A DNA stretch of 64,000 bases from Octopus sinensis (GCF_006345805.1 NC_042997.1:95666001-95730000), one strand, 5' to 3'; positions 1-14,189 are shown, counted from the first letter of the stretch. Notes: generated by a model from the letters alone, not told the origin. Numbers and translations: made by a program.

Positions 1-134
1 GATAGAGACATGAGTAAAATTAATAATAGAGAAACGAAAATAAAATTTTAGAAACAGCCTAAAGGGAGATAATTGAAAAAGACTTGTAAGTCAACGTAGG
101 ATCGTAATTATGGAAAGTAAAATAAATATAACAA

Positions 135-326
135 GTAATCCAGAATCCTTGTCCCGTACCACATCAGTTTCCAAATATAACCAGTTCGTGCCAGTTACGA
201 GGGCAAACATCCTTGAAAGTTTCATCCGAATCAATCCAGCGGTTCTTGAGATATTTTGTCCACGGTCAAACAAACTAACAAATATAACTGAAACAATACC
301 TACGCCTTCGCTAAGGCCGAGGTAAT
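135..326 (-). mobile_element. End of a non-autonomous Helentron/HINE (DINE-1-like) element
   Basis: The minus strand begins TTATTACCTCGGCC...GGCGTAGGTA (imperfect hairpin at 297-324), followed by a (GTTT)-like tract and 'aaatatctcaagaaccgctggattgattcggatgaaacttt'. This layout is typical of HINE/DINE-1-type elements; the family call is from pattern recognition only. Confidence 0.5.
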
Positions 327-407
327 AATAATAATAATAATAACAACAACAACAACAATAATAATAATAATGATAACAATAATGATAATAATGATGATGA
401 TGATGAT
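323..407. repeat. Compound trinucleotide microsatellite (TAA)n/(CAA)n/(TGA)n
   Basis: Directly visible. Confidence 0.95.
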
Positions 408-544
408 GTCCCTTAGTGGCGCACAGTATGTGCCTCTCTGATCACGAGCAGGAGTAGAAGGGGAGCATCATGGTCATTTGTTGAGAGGCATTATTTGGGG
501 TTTGAATAATTCGCCTCTGAAAACAAGGGTGTTTCGTTCAAGGG

Positions 545-738
545 TGGGTGTCAAATTTGGCACAAGGCCAGCAATTTCAGGGGAGGGTATAATTCGATTC
601 CATGGATCCCTAGTTCCTAATTTGTACTTATTTCATCACTCCGAAAGAATAAAAGGCAAAGTCGACCTCGGTGGAATTTCAGCTCAGAACATAAAGACGG
701 ACGAAATATCTATAAGCAGCTTGCCCGGCGTGCTAACC
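545..738 (-). mobile_element. tRNA-derived SINE, family A (Deu/Nin-like core), degenerate
   Basis: The reverse complement reads gttagcacgccgggc...gaaattccaccgaggtcgactttgccttttattctttcggagtgatgaaataagtac...ggccttgtgcc and matches the copies at 11300 and 53776. Confidence 0.8.
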
Positions 739-1240
739 TAAATAGTAATAATGATAAACCTAACGATGATATTGACGTCTATGTTAATGATGACGGTGGT
801 CGTGATAGTGGTGGTGGTGATGGTGGTGATAATGATGATGATGATGATGATGATGGGTGTGATCCCTTACAGAATAAAAGCAATACACCATTGTTTTAGA
901 ACTTTATCTGTATTTGTCAACAATCGTTGGTGAATTAGACGCAGTAAAATGAATGCAAGTAATTCAATAAAAACATATGGCCTGAGAAAAGATAGCAAGA
1001 AAATTGGTTTGAGTAAGTAGTTAACTGAATCTTCATCAATAAAATATTTCCAGCAACATATGTTTACTCGACTCACACTTCAGGAAGGCAATAACTGTTT
1101 TCATTTATTTCCAATCAAATGTGAGTTTGAAACGCTGAAGAATCAGCACGTAGATAATGTAACACAAGCGTAGAAATGTATGCAAACACAGACAGGCAGA
1201 TAGACACACGTCCATATAAACGCACACACATACATACGCA

Positions 1241-1306
<66 letters not shown>

Positions 1307-1310
<4 letters not shown>

Positions 1311-1500
1311 TCGCCTTGATAGATCGTTAGCTACAACAGATTTTTTTCTTTCCTTGTTTTTTCTGTGTCCCTTTCTGTAGAAGAGCGTAGGCTCGAAACG
1401 TAAAAGACTTTTTCTATTCCTAAGCGTTATACTAATACATCTGTTTGTTTTGTACACCACCTGTCTTCGTCTTTTGTTTTTTTCGTAAACTCTCCCTATA
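1307..1500 (+). mobile_element. Solo Penelope-like terminal-repeat fragment with a hammerhead-like motif
   Basis: About 190 bp embedded in (TA)n. Contains CTTT-CTGTAGAA-GAGC-GTAG-GCTC-GAAAC-GTA-AAAG (1371-1406). The PLE assignment is inferred from this motif and its context. Confidence 0.55.
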
Positions 1501-1675
1501 TATATATATGTGTGTGTGTGTGTGCGTGTGTGTGAATGTATACATAAACAATGTATGGCTGATTAGTTCACAGGTGATCTAAACGATTAGGTACGCTAGG
1601 TAAGTGGCGTAACGGAATACTAGGGCTCCAAGTTTATGGAGCCACTGCAGATTCCGATGCAGCGGATATATACAT

Positions 1676-1717
<42 letters not shown>

Positions 1718-1720
<3 letters not shown>

Positions 1721-1920
1721 TTTTCAGTCATTTCACTGCGGCCGTTCTGGAGTACCACCTGTAGTCGAACAAATCGACCCCAGGACTTATAATTTATAAG
1801 CCTAGTACTTATTCTATTGGCCTCTTCTGCTGAATCGCCAAGTTACGGGGACGTAAACATACTAATATCAGTTGTCAAGCGATGGTAGGGGTACAAACAG
1901 ACACACAGACAGACAGACAG

Positions 1921-2004
<84 letters not shown>

Positions 2005-2135
2005 GATGGGCTTCTTTCAGTTTCCTTCTACCAAATTCACTCATAAGGCTTTGGTCGGCCTGAGGCTTTAGTAGAAGAGACTTGCCCAAGTTGCTACGCA
2101 GTGAGACTGAACCCAGAAGGATCATAGGGGGCAAG
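1718..2135 (-). mobile_element. tRNA-derived SINE, family B (internal TA/CA microsatellite)
   Basis: Matches 24225-24645 and 61630-61860: gggttcagtctcactgcg...cttgggcaagt...gaaactgaaagaagccc, microsatellite, ...tttacgtccccgtaac...ataagtactaggc...ctggggtcgatttgttcgac. Confidence 0.88.
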
Positions 2136-2139
2136 CTAA

Positions 2140-2951
2140 GTCCGATCGGTCCCTCAGAATTCTACTAGTATGACGTTATGTTCAAACCGCCTTCGTTTGG
2201 GAAGAGGTCTGCAACCTAGCCGGAACAGAGCCACCGATTTCTCTTATTACGATTACGAAAATAGGTACATTTTTTCTACCCGGTTACAATTCGACCCTAC
2301 AAACGAGCTTTTTGGTGGATGAGCCAGCATTTGTTTTCAAATGTTCACCTGTTGTTGAGTCTGGTCACTAATCAATTCATGGGGAGCTTCTCAAAAGCTT
2401 CTGTTTTCAAGTCCGAGCTTAAGGAGGTGTTATTTAATGGTGATATTGAAGGATCAAATTCTGCCGCGAATTTTACGAGTGTCGAGCTGTTGTTCATCCA
2501 TTCCGAACAAGGCCTCACCTAGAACAAAATGTCTGCCTGATCTTTGTTCTTTTCGAAGTTTGTGTCACTCTCCATGGAACATCTGAATCAGTTTTGTGCC
2601 ACACGTTTCCTGACAGAACCTGGACCTCTCACATCATTTTTTTTTTGCTGCTGCCCTTGTACTGTCTCTTTTTCCACCACAGTTAGCGTAAAGTGGCTGT
2701 AATTTCAACCTTTTTACCATCTTCAGTACCAAAGATGTAAAATAAAGAATGGTTCGGGTATTGCACTCGTGATCGTAAAACTGATTTTTGCGATTCCTGG
2801 ACCAGGAAATGCGTAGCGTTCTTAGGCAAAGCACTTTGTTCCACGATGCTCTAGTCCATATAGCTGACAAAGATGATTAATCCTCCGACAGAACGTTGTG
2901 GCATCCAAGGAAGGAGGAATATATAACCCACAAACTCCTTGAAACTGGCTT

Positions 2952-2955
<4 letters not shown>
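2140..2955 (-). pseudogene. Decayed mariner (Tc1/mariner) transposase, N-terminal half
   Basis: Minus-strand translation across frameshifts gives STRAAAKK.NDVRGPGSVRKRVAQN*FR (HTH), APHELISDQTQQQVNI (WVPHEL motif), RIVTG*KK..YFRNRNKRNRWL (IVTGDEKW motif) and PLPKRRRFEHNVIL. It is truncated by the SINE at about 2135; the 5' end abuts (TA)n. Confidence 0.85.
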
Positions 2956-3012
<57 letters not shown>

Positions 3013-3139
3013 TAAAAAATTTGAAAAAAACACCTTTTATCAATTCAAAATAAACAATTAAATTACACCATCTATATTATATATATATATATATTATATA
3101 TATATATATAGATATATATATATATATATATATATATAG

Positions 3140-3196
<57 letters not shown>

Positions 3197-3288
3197 GTGA
3201 AATTTGATTTAGTATTCCTAATTGATTTTTTTTCCTTGTAAGTTTTGGATTTTATTCCCTCAAATATTAATAAAATATATACACACAT

Positions 3289-3349
<61 letters not shown>

Positions 3350-4777
3350 TATATATATATATACATACATACATTTGTATGTGTGTATGTATGTATGTGT
3401 ATATGTGTGTATGTATGTGAGTGCGTATTCATGTGTGTTTACGTCTGTGTGTGTGTGTGTGTGTGTGTATTGCATTAAAGGTTCTGCTTCAATATGTTAC
3501 ATTATGAGATATATTAAATGCTGTCTGTTTGAAAGCATCAAATACAATGTTCCTTCTAAATGTGTAGAACTAGCGATAAATTCTTCAATGTCAGTGAACA
3601 AAGCAGTCCCATTTGTACGTTTTGCTTTTATGCTTAGGAAAACCTCCTCAAAAATGAAAATCTTTGTCTTTTGCAGAGATATAAAATTCGAAAGACAACA
3701 TTATTGCATGGCTTGTCCTTAGTGGAACATGTAAATATGACCACTGTATATTCCAAAGCCATCTATTATCGCTATATGATACGTATTAAAACTGTTAAGT
3801 TACATATATTTACAAGAATGTTAGAGTATGTCGCACACTCATGAGAAATAGATATATGAAACGGTAGACATTTGTTATCGAACTATGATTTTGTACTTAC
3901 ACCAATGTACAGGTGAGGGAACAGTGATCTTTAGGCCGATAGGTTGGCTTTTGCATGTGTATATACTTAGACAGTGAAAGGTAGAGAGAGAGAGAAAAGA
4001 CAGACAGATAGAGAGCAATAAGTTATTTTGAAGATGTGAGAAAAGTGGGTCCGTAAATAGATAAATGTACAGGATCATAATACAGTGACATATGTCTGTT
4101 GTGTTAGATATGTTGAATAGAATAATGGAATTACATAGCCAAGTTATAGTGATGGAGATAAATAACATTAAAAAATAGCTTTGCACTTTGAATCTTGTTG
4201 CTCGATAAGCCATTAAATTGAAACTGTGAGGGGTTTCGGAAATAGTCTACATAATTAGAGATTTTTGTATGTTCATTTTCTCATCGAAAACTCAGATATG
4301 TCAAGAATAGGGGGTTTTGGACACGTTTTACTCTTAACTTATTTCAACAGGTTTCAATAGTATTTAGAGATAGAACTGAAAGTTACGTATACGAACACGT
4401 CTAAAAATAGGTCTGTGTAAACAATGCTACCTAACATAGAAAAATATGTATATTTCAGCAGTTATTGTAATTTCTTCAGCACCTCATCCAACTCATTAAC
4501 CATTTATGAACACATTGCTTAGAACGCTACCAATTAGAGCGATGTAAGGTCATTGAATATACCAATTAACATATTAAACACATTCCTGGCAACTGATACG
4601 TACATATTAATTGCTGGTAGGAAGGAGGTATTTCCTTTTCTAACCATAATATACTACCAAGTACTGGCTCTAAGTTCTATAGAAAATCTGTAAACATAAA
4701 GGAAAAGTGATTGATTCACACTGCTATCACGAAAGTAGGATATACAGTTGAATTTATAAACTTTTAATATATTTGAT

Positions 4778-4862
4778 CGGCCCGGGGCTATCGTAGACGA
4801 CATTTGCCCAAGGCGCCACACATTTGGTCTGAATCTGGAAGCATATGGTTGGGAAGCAACGT
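4778..4862 (-). mobile_element. SINE family B head fragment
   Basis: The text ttgcccaaggcgccacac...tggttgggaagcaa matches the reverse of the family B tRNA-like head. Confidence 0.65.
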
Positions 4863-5564
4863 TATTTTCATAATGATGTTCTCATTACTGTTACTAAAAT
4901 ACATGGAAAAATTCACTTAAGCAACCAACAAACAAGACACAAGCCCACTCCCTATATGTAAACGCTTAACCACTGGCATACACATTCAGACACATGCACG
5001 CATGCACACACACACACACATAGATGCACACACAGACACACACACACAGACACACACACACGCAGACACACACACACGAACTGACACACACACACACGCA
5101 CACACACACACACACATACATTTAATAACCTAAAATATATTTGATAGAATCTACTTTCTACAGCTGGATAGAATGATAACAAACAAAACGATGAATAAAG
5201 CAAAACTGAATTCATGAATTGTCATTGACTTCAACCGTTTCAGAAAAGGACTTCTTTTTACAGCTGGGTAACATGACAACTAACCATAATACATTGCAAG
5301 TTCAACCATTCAGAATAACACACCATTCTCCCTTTCTTTCATTTTCTTTCTTCTCATCTTTCTATTCTCAAATATACACACAACACATATACGCACACAT
5401 AACAAAGAACAATTCAACTCCAGCATTTTAGACTAACATACATATAAAAGGCATAAATTTTCTGCAAAAATATAATTCATGATGAAGATCTGAAACGAGA
5501 TGAAAACGCTAAATAAATAATTATTCAAACTTCTGACTAACTCCTTTTCTCCCCCACCTGTATG

Positions 5565-5567
<3 letters not shown>

Positions 5568-5630
<63 letters not shown>

Positions 5631-5785
5631 TATATATATATATATATATATTTATATGTATGTATATATATATATGTACTAATATATATATATATATATT
5701 ATATATATATATATATATGATATATATATATATATTATATATATATAATATATATATATATATATACATATCTATACATATATAT
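5568..5785. repeat. (CT)n followed by (TA)n microsatellite
   Basis: Directly visible. Confidence 0.95.
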
Positions 5786-6829
5786 TATTCGAAAGAAGGT
5801 ATCAGGTCAGTTTAATCAATATATGTATGTATACGTATATATGTGTGTAAACGTGCGCGTGTTTGTGCTTGTGTCTGTGCGTACGCCTCTGTTCGTGTGT
5901 GTATGTGTGTGTGAGTGATCAGTTTTTTTTTTAAACCATGTTCATATTTGCTCATATTCGTATCGTGAGTAATGTTCTCTATATTGAAACTTAATTTACA
6001 ACGAACACAAGAACACAACCGAAATGTTAAAAGCTTTGCCGCCTATTGCACAATTTAAAGGCTGTTTTCTTTTGCTTCCATTCTAGATAAATACTTTTCT
6101 AGAAGAAATTCGATTTATCCCAAATCGATAATGCTTTTGTTTCCCATACGTATTTCATGTTTGCTTTCAAACCGGTTTTCTTTGTTGTTATTTATTTCAT
6201 ATCATTAATTAATATTTGTGTTTTAGCTGTATTTGTGAAGTAAATAATAACGTGTTGAATGGAGTTTTATAAGAATAAGTTAATGTTTACTAGAATTTTC
6301 ATTTTATTTTGATAACTCCAAAAATAATACTATCACATTCGTCTATACTTTTTCGCGTGTTTCTTGACTAAATATAATTTGAAATATTTTCTTTCAATTC
6401 AAATGAAGTTTAGTAATAACATATTCTGCACCGTATTATATTGAATGGAAATAATAAAAACAAGTGAATTGGAGATTTTCTTACATGCGCTTCACAAACT
6501 TTTTTAATCATATTCACGTATTATATGCAACAAAAGATTAAAAATTATTTATGTATACACACACAAATAGTGAGATTGATATAGTTATACATACACACAC
6601 ACATGAATAATATATATGTGTGTGTATAATTGCGCATATATATACATGTGAGCATCTATATGTACCCATGTACAGACACGTACGTGCATCTATGCGTACA
6701 CATGTACAGACACGTATATATATACAAGTATATATGTGTGTGTGCATACATATATATGTATAAATGTTTATATATATGCATATACAGATTATATATATGA
6801 ATATATGAATATATATATATATCATACAT

Positions 6830-7612
6830 TTAAAGTTAGTTTGAATCTTGTCTGCTTGCTTGCAATGTTACCCAGCCAAACTGGCGCATAATGGGAAAAT
6901 ACTAATAATTACGTTTACCCTGAAATGTTAATACAAGTTTCGCGTAAATCGGACAAGTAGTTTTGAACATAGAAGCTTTCGGGTGTAAATACCCAAAACG
7001 GTGCATAATGGGAAAATATTCCAAAAATAGTCTTCATTTTGAAAGGGAATATACTCTTCTCTTTCTATTAGACACAATGACTTGACAACGAATAAATAAG
7101 TTGTTGTTTTTTTACAGTAGATGTTTCTATTTTCCCTTTTGTTAAGTACAATTTACTAATCACTTTTTAAGTGAATGTGATTTCAAAAATGTAAGCTGTT
7201 TGTAGAGTAAATATTTATATTTTAACTTTCTTTAAACAGATGATATTTTAATGTTCTTTTAAATTATTTTCAAGTGAATAACATTGCAAAATTTGTTTTT
7301 GGTATATTTAAAATATATTTTAAATTGAAAATGGCTTCGGCTGCTTTTTCTAGCATGTCGTGCTACCACGTAACAGCTGTTTGCGATAAAGGATCGGAAA
7401 TACCTGTCACGTGCTAGCAGGACGTGTGAGGAATTAGTAACCAAATCTTTCATTTTCTGGGGAAAGGAGCCGTTTACGCATGATTTCGATGTCACATTCT
7501 TTGAAAACATGCGAAATAACCTGGATAAGAAAAAAAACACGAAACAAAACTCCATTGCTGGGAAACTCAGATTTTCCTAGTAACCCAGCGGCTTACGGGT
7601 AAACTTGGTTTA
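6830..7612 (+). mobile_element. Possible non-autonomous Helitron-type element
   Basis: Internal 'aagtttcgcgtaaatcggacaagtagttttg', a duplicated 'gcataatgggaaaata', and a 3' end 'acccagcggcttacgggt-aaacttggt' resembling the hairpin plus CTRR terminus. Confidence 0.35.
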
Positions 7613-8179
7613 AGAAGAGACGAAATTTAGATAATCACCCTAAAGTTATGATTTACATCTACATAAATACATATAGCACAATAAATACAGCACAACAAGG
7701 AACATATTAATATATTATTTTGAATAGAAATAATAGATGAGGTAAAAATATACGTGGAAAGCATAAATAAATAAAGAGTGATACATTGATTAAAATACAT
7801 ATTAAATTTACGATTAAAATGTTGAATAAAAACTTAGAAGTTTTAAGATATATCTACGGTAGTGAAAAATCTTAATGATGGATTTCAAAGTCATAGAAAT
7901 AATAAGGTTAATTTTTCTAAGAGTTTATAAACTCTGGAAACATGGATGTTTCGTTCAACATCTTTAAATAAACTTTATACAGGGACCTTTTGTGCGGGAA
8001 GGGCTACTCGACCTGCAGAAAATTCTAACTCGTTCCTACCTGCATGTGCATGCGCTATTTATCTTGATATCAGATTACCATATCGCACACATATGGTTGT
8101 GGTGCATGTCCATGGTGTACCCTTATCAAACGGGTAGTCATGATGGATATACTTTGCTTCGTATATTTTACCCCAGTGT

Positions 8180-10120
8180 CACATTGATGTCATGAACTGC
8201 TCTCTCACTTAATAAAAATAATAATGATAATTCTCTGATGCTGATGATAGCCGCGTGTTTGTGGGTAAGACGTAGAGTAAGCAAGAACAACATAATAAAA
8301 CATCTGAATAGCTTTGAAGCCTGAAGCAAACAGCTTCTTATCTCCAGCAAGAGACTATCCACTTCACAGAAGACAATATCACAAATATAAGTAAAAACAT
8401 AAGCAATTGGAAAGAAACAGGACCTGACGGTGTACAGGGATTTTTGATAAAAATGTTCAGTAGTTGCCATAAATTGATCGTAGAACAATTTAATGCATTG
8501 GTCAATGGAGAAGATCTAATTCGGGGCTGGTTCACAAAAGTACGAACAGTGTTGTGCCCGAAGGATGCATCAAAGGGAAATGTTGCTGAAAATGATAGAC
8601 CAATATCCTGCCTCCAGATAATGTGAAATTATTTTCAGGAAGAATTGCAGAACTGTGAAAATATCTTGATGAGAACGATATATCACCGCTGGAACAAAAA
8701 TGCTGTACAAGGAGATACAGCGGTACCAAAGATCGGGAAAGGCCTGGATTGACTATCGCAAAGCTTATGGTGGGATGGAAAACTGAGCTGACATCTTAAG
8801 CTTGGGTACCCTGGGTATCAGAAGAGGGATTTTCCAGGGTGACAAACTATCTCCGTTGCTTTTCGTTTTTTGCATGATACCTCTGATATTGGTACTCAGG
8901 AATAAGAATTTGGGGTACCAACTGAAGGAAAAATCACAAACAATCAACCACTTCCTCTTCATGGATGATTTGAAACTGTATGGAAAAGATGAGAGGCAAG
9001 TGAGTTCCTTGGTGAACACAGTCCACTGTTCTGATATTTGAATGGAACTTGAATTCAAGACGTGAGACGTAATCTACCTAAAAAGAGGCAAGGTAATCTT
9101 CCTAGCAGGGATAGAATTACCGAATGGAGACTTGATTAAGCAAATTGAAATGGAAGGATACAAATACATTGGCGGACTTGACTGCAACGAGATAATGGAA
9201 AACGAAATGAAAGAGCAACTCGGGAGGGAGTATTTCCGAAGACTGAGATCGGTGCTGCGCTCAATGAATGGAATAAAATACAAGCAGTTAATACGTTGGC
9301 GAGAGCATCACTTTGATATTGGGAATTATAACATGGCAAAAGAGAAAAATGAAGAAAATGGATACCAAGACCAGGGAAATGTTGACAGTACACGGTGCCT
9401 TCCATCATAATAGTGACACAGATAGGTTGTACTTGTCTAGAAGAAAGGATGTGAGAGGTTTGATCAAGACTGTATCACAGCAGATGAAAAAAGCCTGATG
9501 TAGTATATGAAAAATGCCGTAGAACCACTGTTGAAACACGAAGTAGACCGGCGTCATCAAAACTGAAATTTATGTAACTAAAGAAAACTTTAAACAATAA
9601 CTGAAGGAAATATAAAAAAGCAAGGAGGAAAAAACTTACGGTCAGTTTGCAAGAGATGTGAAGAGATACAGAGGGCTGGTGACTATGAATGAAGTGGAGT
9701 AATTTGAAGAGAGAGACAGAAGCTCTCATATGCACAGCTTAGGAAAATGCCTTAAGGACCAATAATGTGAAGTGCAGAATTAACAACACTGCCGATAGCG
9801 ACAAACGCAGAATGTGTGGTGAAAGGGATGAAACGGAATGGCATATTGTTAGCGAATGCTCGAGATAGGCACAACGCAAATACAAACGACGCCATGACAA
9901 TGTGGCAAGGATGATCCATTCGGAGGTCTGTGGAAGTCACGGTTTACAAAGAGCAAAGACGTAGTATGAACAAACCATAGAAGGAGTCACGGAAAATGAG
10001 AACTACAAAATCCTGTAGGATTTAATGATCCAGTTCGATCACCTGACCAGACATAGGAAACTGGATATTGTTGTGGTGAATAAAAAAGAAAGAGCATGTA
10101 TAATTATCGACATAGCATAA
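8180..10120 (+). mobile_element. Decayed R4/Dong-type (RLE-bearing) non-LTR retrotransposon
   Basis: WKETGPDGVQGFLIK; RTVLCPKD...NDRPISCL; AWIDYRKAY; RRGIFQGDKLSPLLF; INHFLFMDDLKLYGK (RT); xRMCGERDETEWHIVSEC...YKRRHDNVAR (CCHC plus RHD); KLDIVVVNKK (PD-(D/E)xK nuclease). Many stops and frameshifts. Confidence 0.92.
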
Positions 10121-10346
10121 CCCCGCTAGAGCGTAACAGATCGAATGCACTACACACAGTATATAGTGGATGTTGTCCCTTTGACTCTCGAATAATCAAG
10201 AAAGAATGCGAAGAGATATGACTCTCTTCTGTACGAACTAGCCCGGGTATGGAATAATAATCATGAGGAACTAATGGAGGCTTGTTCACAAACCTTAAAA
10301 TGAAATACCGGTAAACTAAGTTAGCATGAACAGTAGTAGTAGTAGT

Positions 10347-10378
<32 letters not shown>

Positions 10379-11299
10379 CAGTAGTAGTAGTGGTGGTGGT
10401 GGTGGTGGTGGTAATAGTATTAGCAGTTTCGTTTCTAATATATGCAGAAGCTGTACAAATGTTGCGTTGTGTGGAGGTCTGAGTTGATTACATCGACTTC
10501 AGTACTTGTGTAACATTTTTATATACATTGTTTCTATAGGGATTTGTTTAGTCGATGGATTCCACACCCGAAAAGGACAAATACCTGTTGTTTTTAATAT
10601 CTCTTGCTATGTGTAATGCAATGTCGATAACGACGCAATTGTAAAACGGTGAAACACGAAAACTTGTAAGCATTAAATCCGATGCATTAGCGTTTGAGCC
10701 TTTATAGCGCTTTTTATATAACATTGGTAATCATGCTAATAAATATAATTCATCTCGTGTAGAAGTTAGTAGATAAAGTGTAATTGATATCATCGAAACA
10801 TTCTTACACCAAATATCCGTTTGAAGATCCTTTCTAAAGAATGTGTTGCAACAGCAGTAGATTATACTGAGCATTAAAAATATAAGAATACAGGATAACT
10901 CATTCTAGGTTGAACGGAAACCAATTAGTAAAACAGATTCACTTATAGTGAAAATCATTGAAACTCCTTTCACTTTGATAGCATAAAGTGGAAATATTCA
11001 TCTGAACATATAAATTTCCTCCTTGCCTTTTCAATGTATGTATGTTCCCTACAGTGCCATTTTTTCAAATTGTAAGTGGAACGGGATACGTAATAGAGTG
11101 ACTTACTCTAATTCATCTTAATTTATTATGAAAAGAGCATTGTATTTGTATGGAACAGTATAGAGTATGAAATATATAATATTACGAAATTACTGAAAGC
11201 CTTCAAAAAAATAACTGCGATTGCTTCAATGCTGTTATTCTTGTTTCCTCAGTCACGTTTTGCTTTGTGTGTGTGTGTGTTTAACATGTTTCTGCTACA

Positions 11300-11510
11300 A
11301 AGTGGTGAGCTGGCGGAATCGTTAGCTCGTCGGTCAAAATGCTAAACGGCATTTCGTCTGTTTTTTACGTTTTGAGATCAAATTCCGGTGAGGTCAACTT
11401 TGCCTTTTATCCATTTCCGGTTCGACAAAATAAGTACCAGTTAAGCATTGAGATCGTTGTAATCGATGTACCCACCAACCTTGAAATTACTGACCTTGTG
11501 CCAACATTTG
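11300..11510 (+). mobile_element. SINE family A
   Basis: ggtgagctggcggaatcgttagc (A-box-like)...gatcaaattccgg (B-box-like)...gtcaactttgccttttatccatttccggttcgacaaaataagtaccag...ccttgtgcc. Confidence 0.88.
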
Positions 11511-11539
11511 AAACCAATATTATACACCTTTGTGTTAAA

Positions 11540-11705
11540 GCGGGGTGCTGGCAGAATAGTTAGCATGCTAGACAAAATGCTTAGCTGCAATTCGCCCATT
11601 TTTACATTCTGAGTCCAATCCCGCCTAGTTCGAACTTGCAATTAATCCTTCCCAGGTCGGTAAAATAAGTATCTCTTGAGCCCTGAGGTCGATACTATCG
11701 ACTTA
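11540..11705 (+). mobile_element. SINE family A, second tandem copy, more diverged
   Basis: gcggggtgctggcagaatagttagca...ttctgagtccaatcccgcc...aaaataagta...gaggtcgatactatcgactt. Confidence 0.8.
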
Positions 11706-11813
11706 CTGTTTCATGAATGTACAAGATTTCTGCATACATTTGAAACTTATGTTTGCTTCTGCTGTTGTTCTTGCACTTAAGCAGTGGAGCATGTCCCTAG
11801 GTGGCTGACGAAA

Positions 11814-11890
<77 letters not shown>

Positions 11891-12252
11891 ATGTATATAT
11901 ATATAATGAAATAAAATATCTTAAGACATATGGAAAGTTGTGCAGGAACATAGTAAAAATGCGGATTCCATCCGTATTCCTGGAGGGCCCAAAACCGTAA
12001 CAGATATTATATTACATATGGTCATGATCCAAAAGTTCAGTTCTTGCATTTAGACATGTAGCGGGGTTCGAGTAACCTTTCCAGATGCGTCATCTTCCCA
12101 TATGTCTTAGAAAGGTTTCAATATACCTTAAACTTTTCAATTTTTTATATATGAGTTTTCATTGTTTTCGTTTTTAATTGTGTGAAAATGTACGTGTGTG
12201 AGTATATGTATATATAGTATATATATATACATACATACATATATATATATAT

Positions 12253-12288
<36 letters not shown>

Positions 12289-12321
12289 CGTGTGTGTGTG
12301 TCTGTGCGCGTGTGTGTGTGC

Positions 12322-12603
12322 GGAGGCGCAATGGTCCAGCGGTTAGGGTAGCAGACTCGCAGTTTCGATTCCCAGACCGGACGTTATGAGTGTTTATTGA
12401 GCGAAAACATCTAAAAAGCTCCACGATGCACCGGCAGCTGGCGATCCCTGCTGTAATCTTTCGCTGCAACTTTCTCTCACTCTTTCTTCTGTTGGCCTGC
12501 TCGCTTAACCAGCGGGGTGGCGTCATTTGAAGGCTAAAACAATGCGAGGCGCATTGTGACCAGCGATATGTAACAACATCTGATAGCCTGGCCGGTCACG
12601 TGA
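12322..12603 (+). mobile_element. tRNA-derived SINE, family C
   Basis: ggaggcgcaatggtccagcggttagg (A box)...gtttcgattccc (B box), a unique body, and microsatellites on both sides. Confidence 0.75.
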
Positions 12604-12613
12604 TATATATATA

Positions 12614-12690
<77 letters not shown>

Positions 12691-14189
12691 TATATATATG
12701 CATAGAATTCCGTTCTTGTGGCTAGGTTTTTATCCTACGAATTTCAGATTAGAAATTTTCTTCCTCATGCTGGATCGCTGTTTTGTAGCCATTATTAGTT
12801 TTCATACTTACAAATGTCCTCGGTTTCACTCTTACAATCTATTGATCAAGGAGAAATACTTTGTCGTTTTGAATTTAGTACATTATGAAATATTTTTACA
12901 TTAAATTGTCATTTCGTATTATAGATTTGGAGTATTCATTTGACACAATACCCATTTTTAAGAGCAATTGACTTGAGTAATTTTAGTAGTTATCCCGCTG
13001 GTTTTAGTCATTTGCACAACCCTACGGAAGATATTTGTGGTTATTTTTGTTTTCGTTCGTGTTTCAATTAATAAATTCTTCAACGAGAGGCTGGGGAATA
13101 GAAGAAAGAAACATCAAGTTTTAGAAATATTCGTTTTATGATTCTGCGACATATATTAACATCGCCCTCTTCCATTTAGAAATATGTTGATATGTTATAG
13201 TTTATGCTCCATGTTAGTATGTGCTGCTTTATTTAGCTGAAATGTCTACTATGCAAGATTGCCGTATGCAATTACTGATTTTTATAGATATTTTCATTAA
13301 TTCTGTAATGTCTCCAGCTAGTTACAAAAGCTTATAAAAAGTTATCAGGAACAAATACTGATAATTCTTGCGTTATCTTGTGTTATGTCGTATCAATTAT
13401 TACCATTTATCGTAGTAAATAATATCTTTGCAAGAGTAAATTGAATTGGATAAGATTTTAGTTCTTTCGCTAAGCCTTACGTCACTCTATCTTTCTTATT
13501 CATGAATAGAGTCACATGTCCATATGTGTATTAGCAACGAATTAGATTAAGTGCTGTATAGGAAATAAATTGGATCCAATGTAGAATGGAATATTCTTGT
13601 CAATTGGATTTCTTTGAGTTTTTTTAACTACTTGATTTTCAGCATTCACCTCTGATTATTCAACTATTGATTTTTATTTAGCACACGGTCAGAAAATATA
13701 TATTTGCAAATGAAGCATGCGTGATATACATATCTTCGTCAATAAAAGTTGTGGTAGAGATGAATTTAATCAACTTCGAAATCTTAGCAATTTTGAAAGT
13801 TATGAAATTGGGTCTATTCAATATATTATGAATGCAAATTGAAATGTAATGACATAAAACAAATTATTCAATGGTACATGTACAGAATGGATGCGTTTAA
13901 TCATGTTTCTGACTAAACAGAAAGCGTTGGTTTGTTTTATATAATCATTAACAACATATGACCCAACAGAATGCGAATCAAGAGATTTTAACATAATCTT
14001 CTTCATTTAAGAATTTAATGAATGGCTGTCGCTGAGCGTAAACGTTATTTCCTTTTCACATTTTCAAAATTAAAAAAAAGCATCATGCAAACAGTTATTT
14101 CAACCTTGGTAAAAACAGGAATCTTTAATTAGCTGACATGCTAAATAGCATGCATTACGGTGTGAAAACTAAACTATTGGCATTTATAT

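Noticed and set aside
12322-12385. tRNA gene
   Set aside because: A and B boxes are present but there is no complete cloverleaf or acceptor stem; it continues into a SINE body. The same applies to the other SINE heads.
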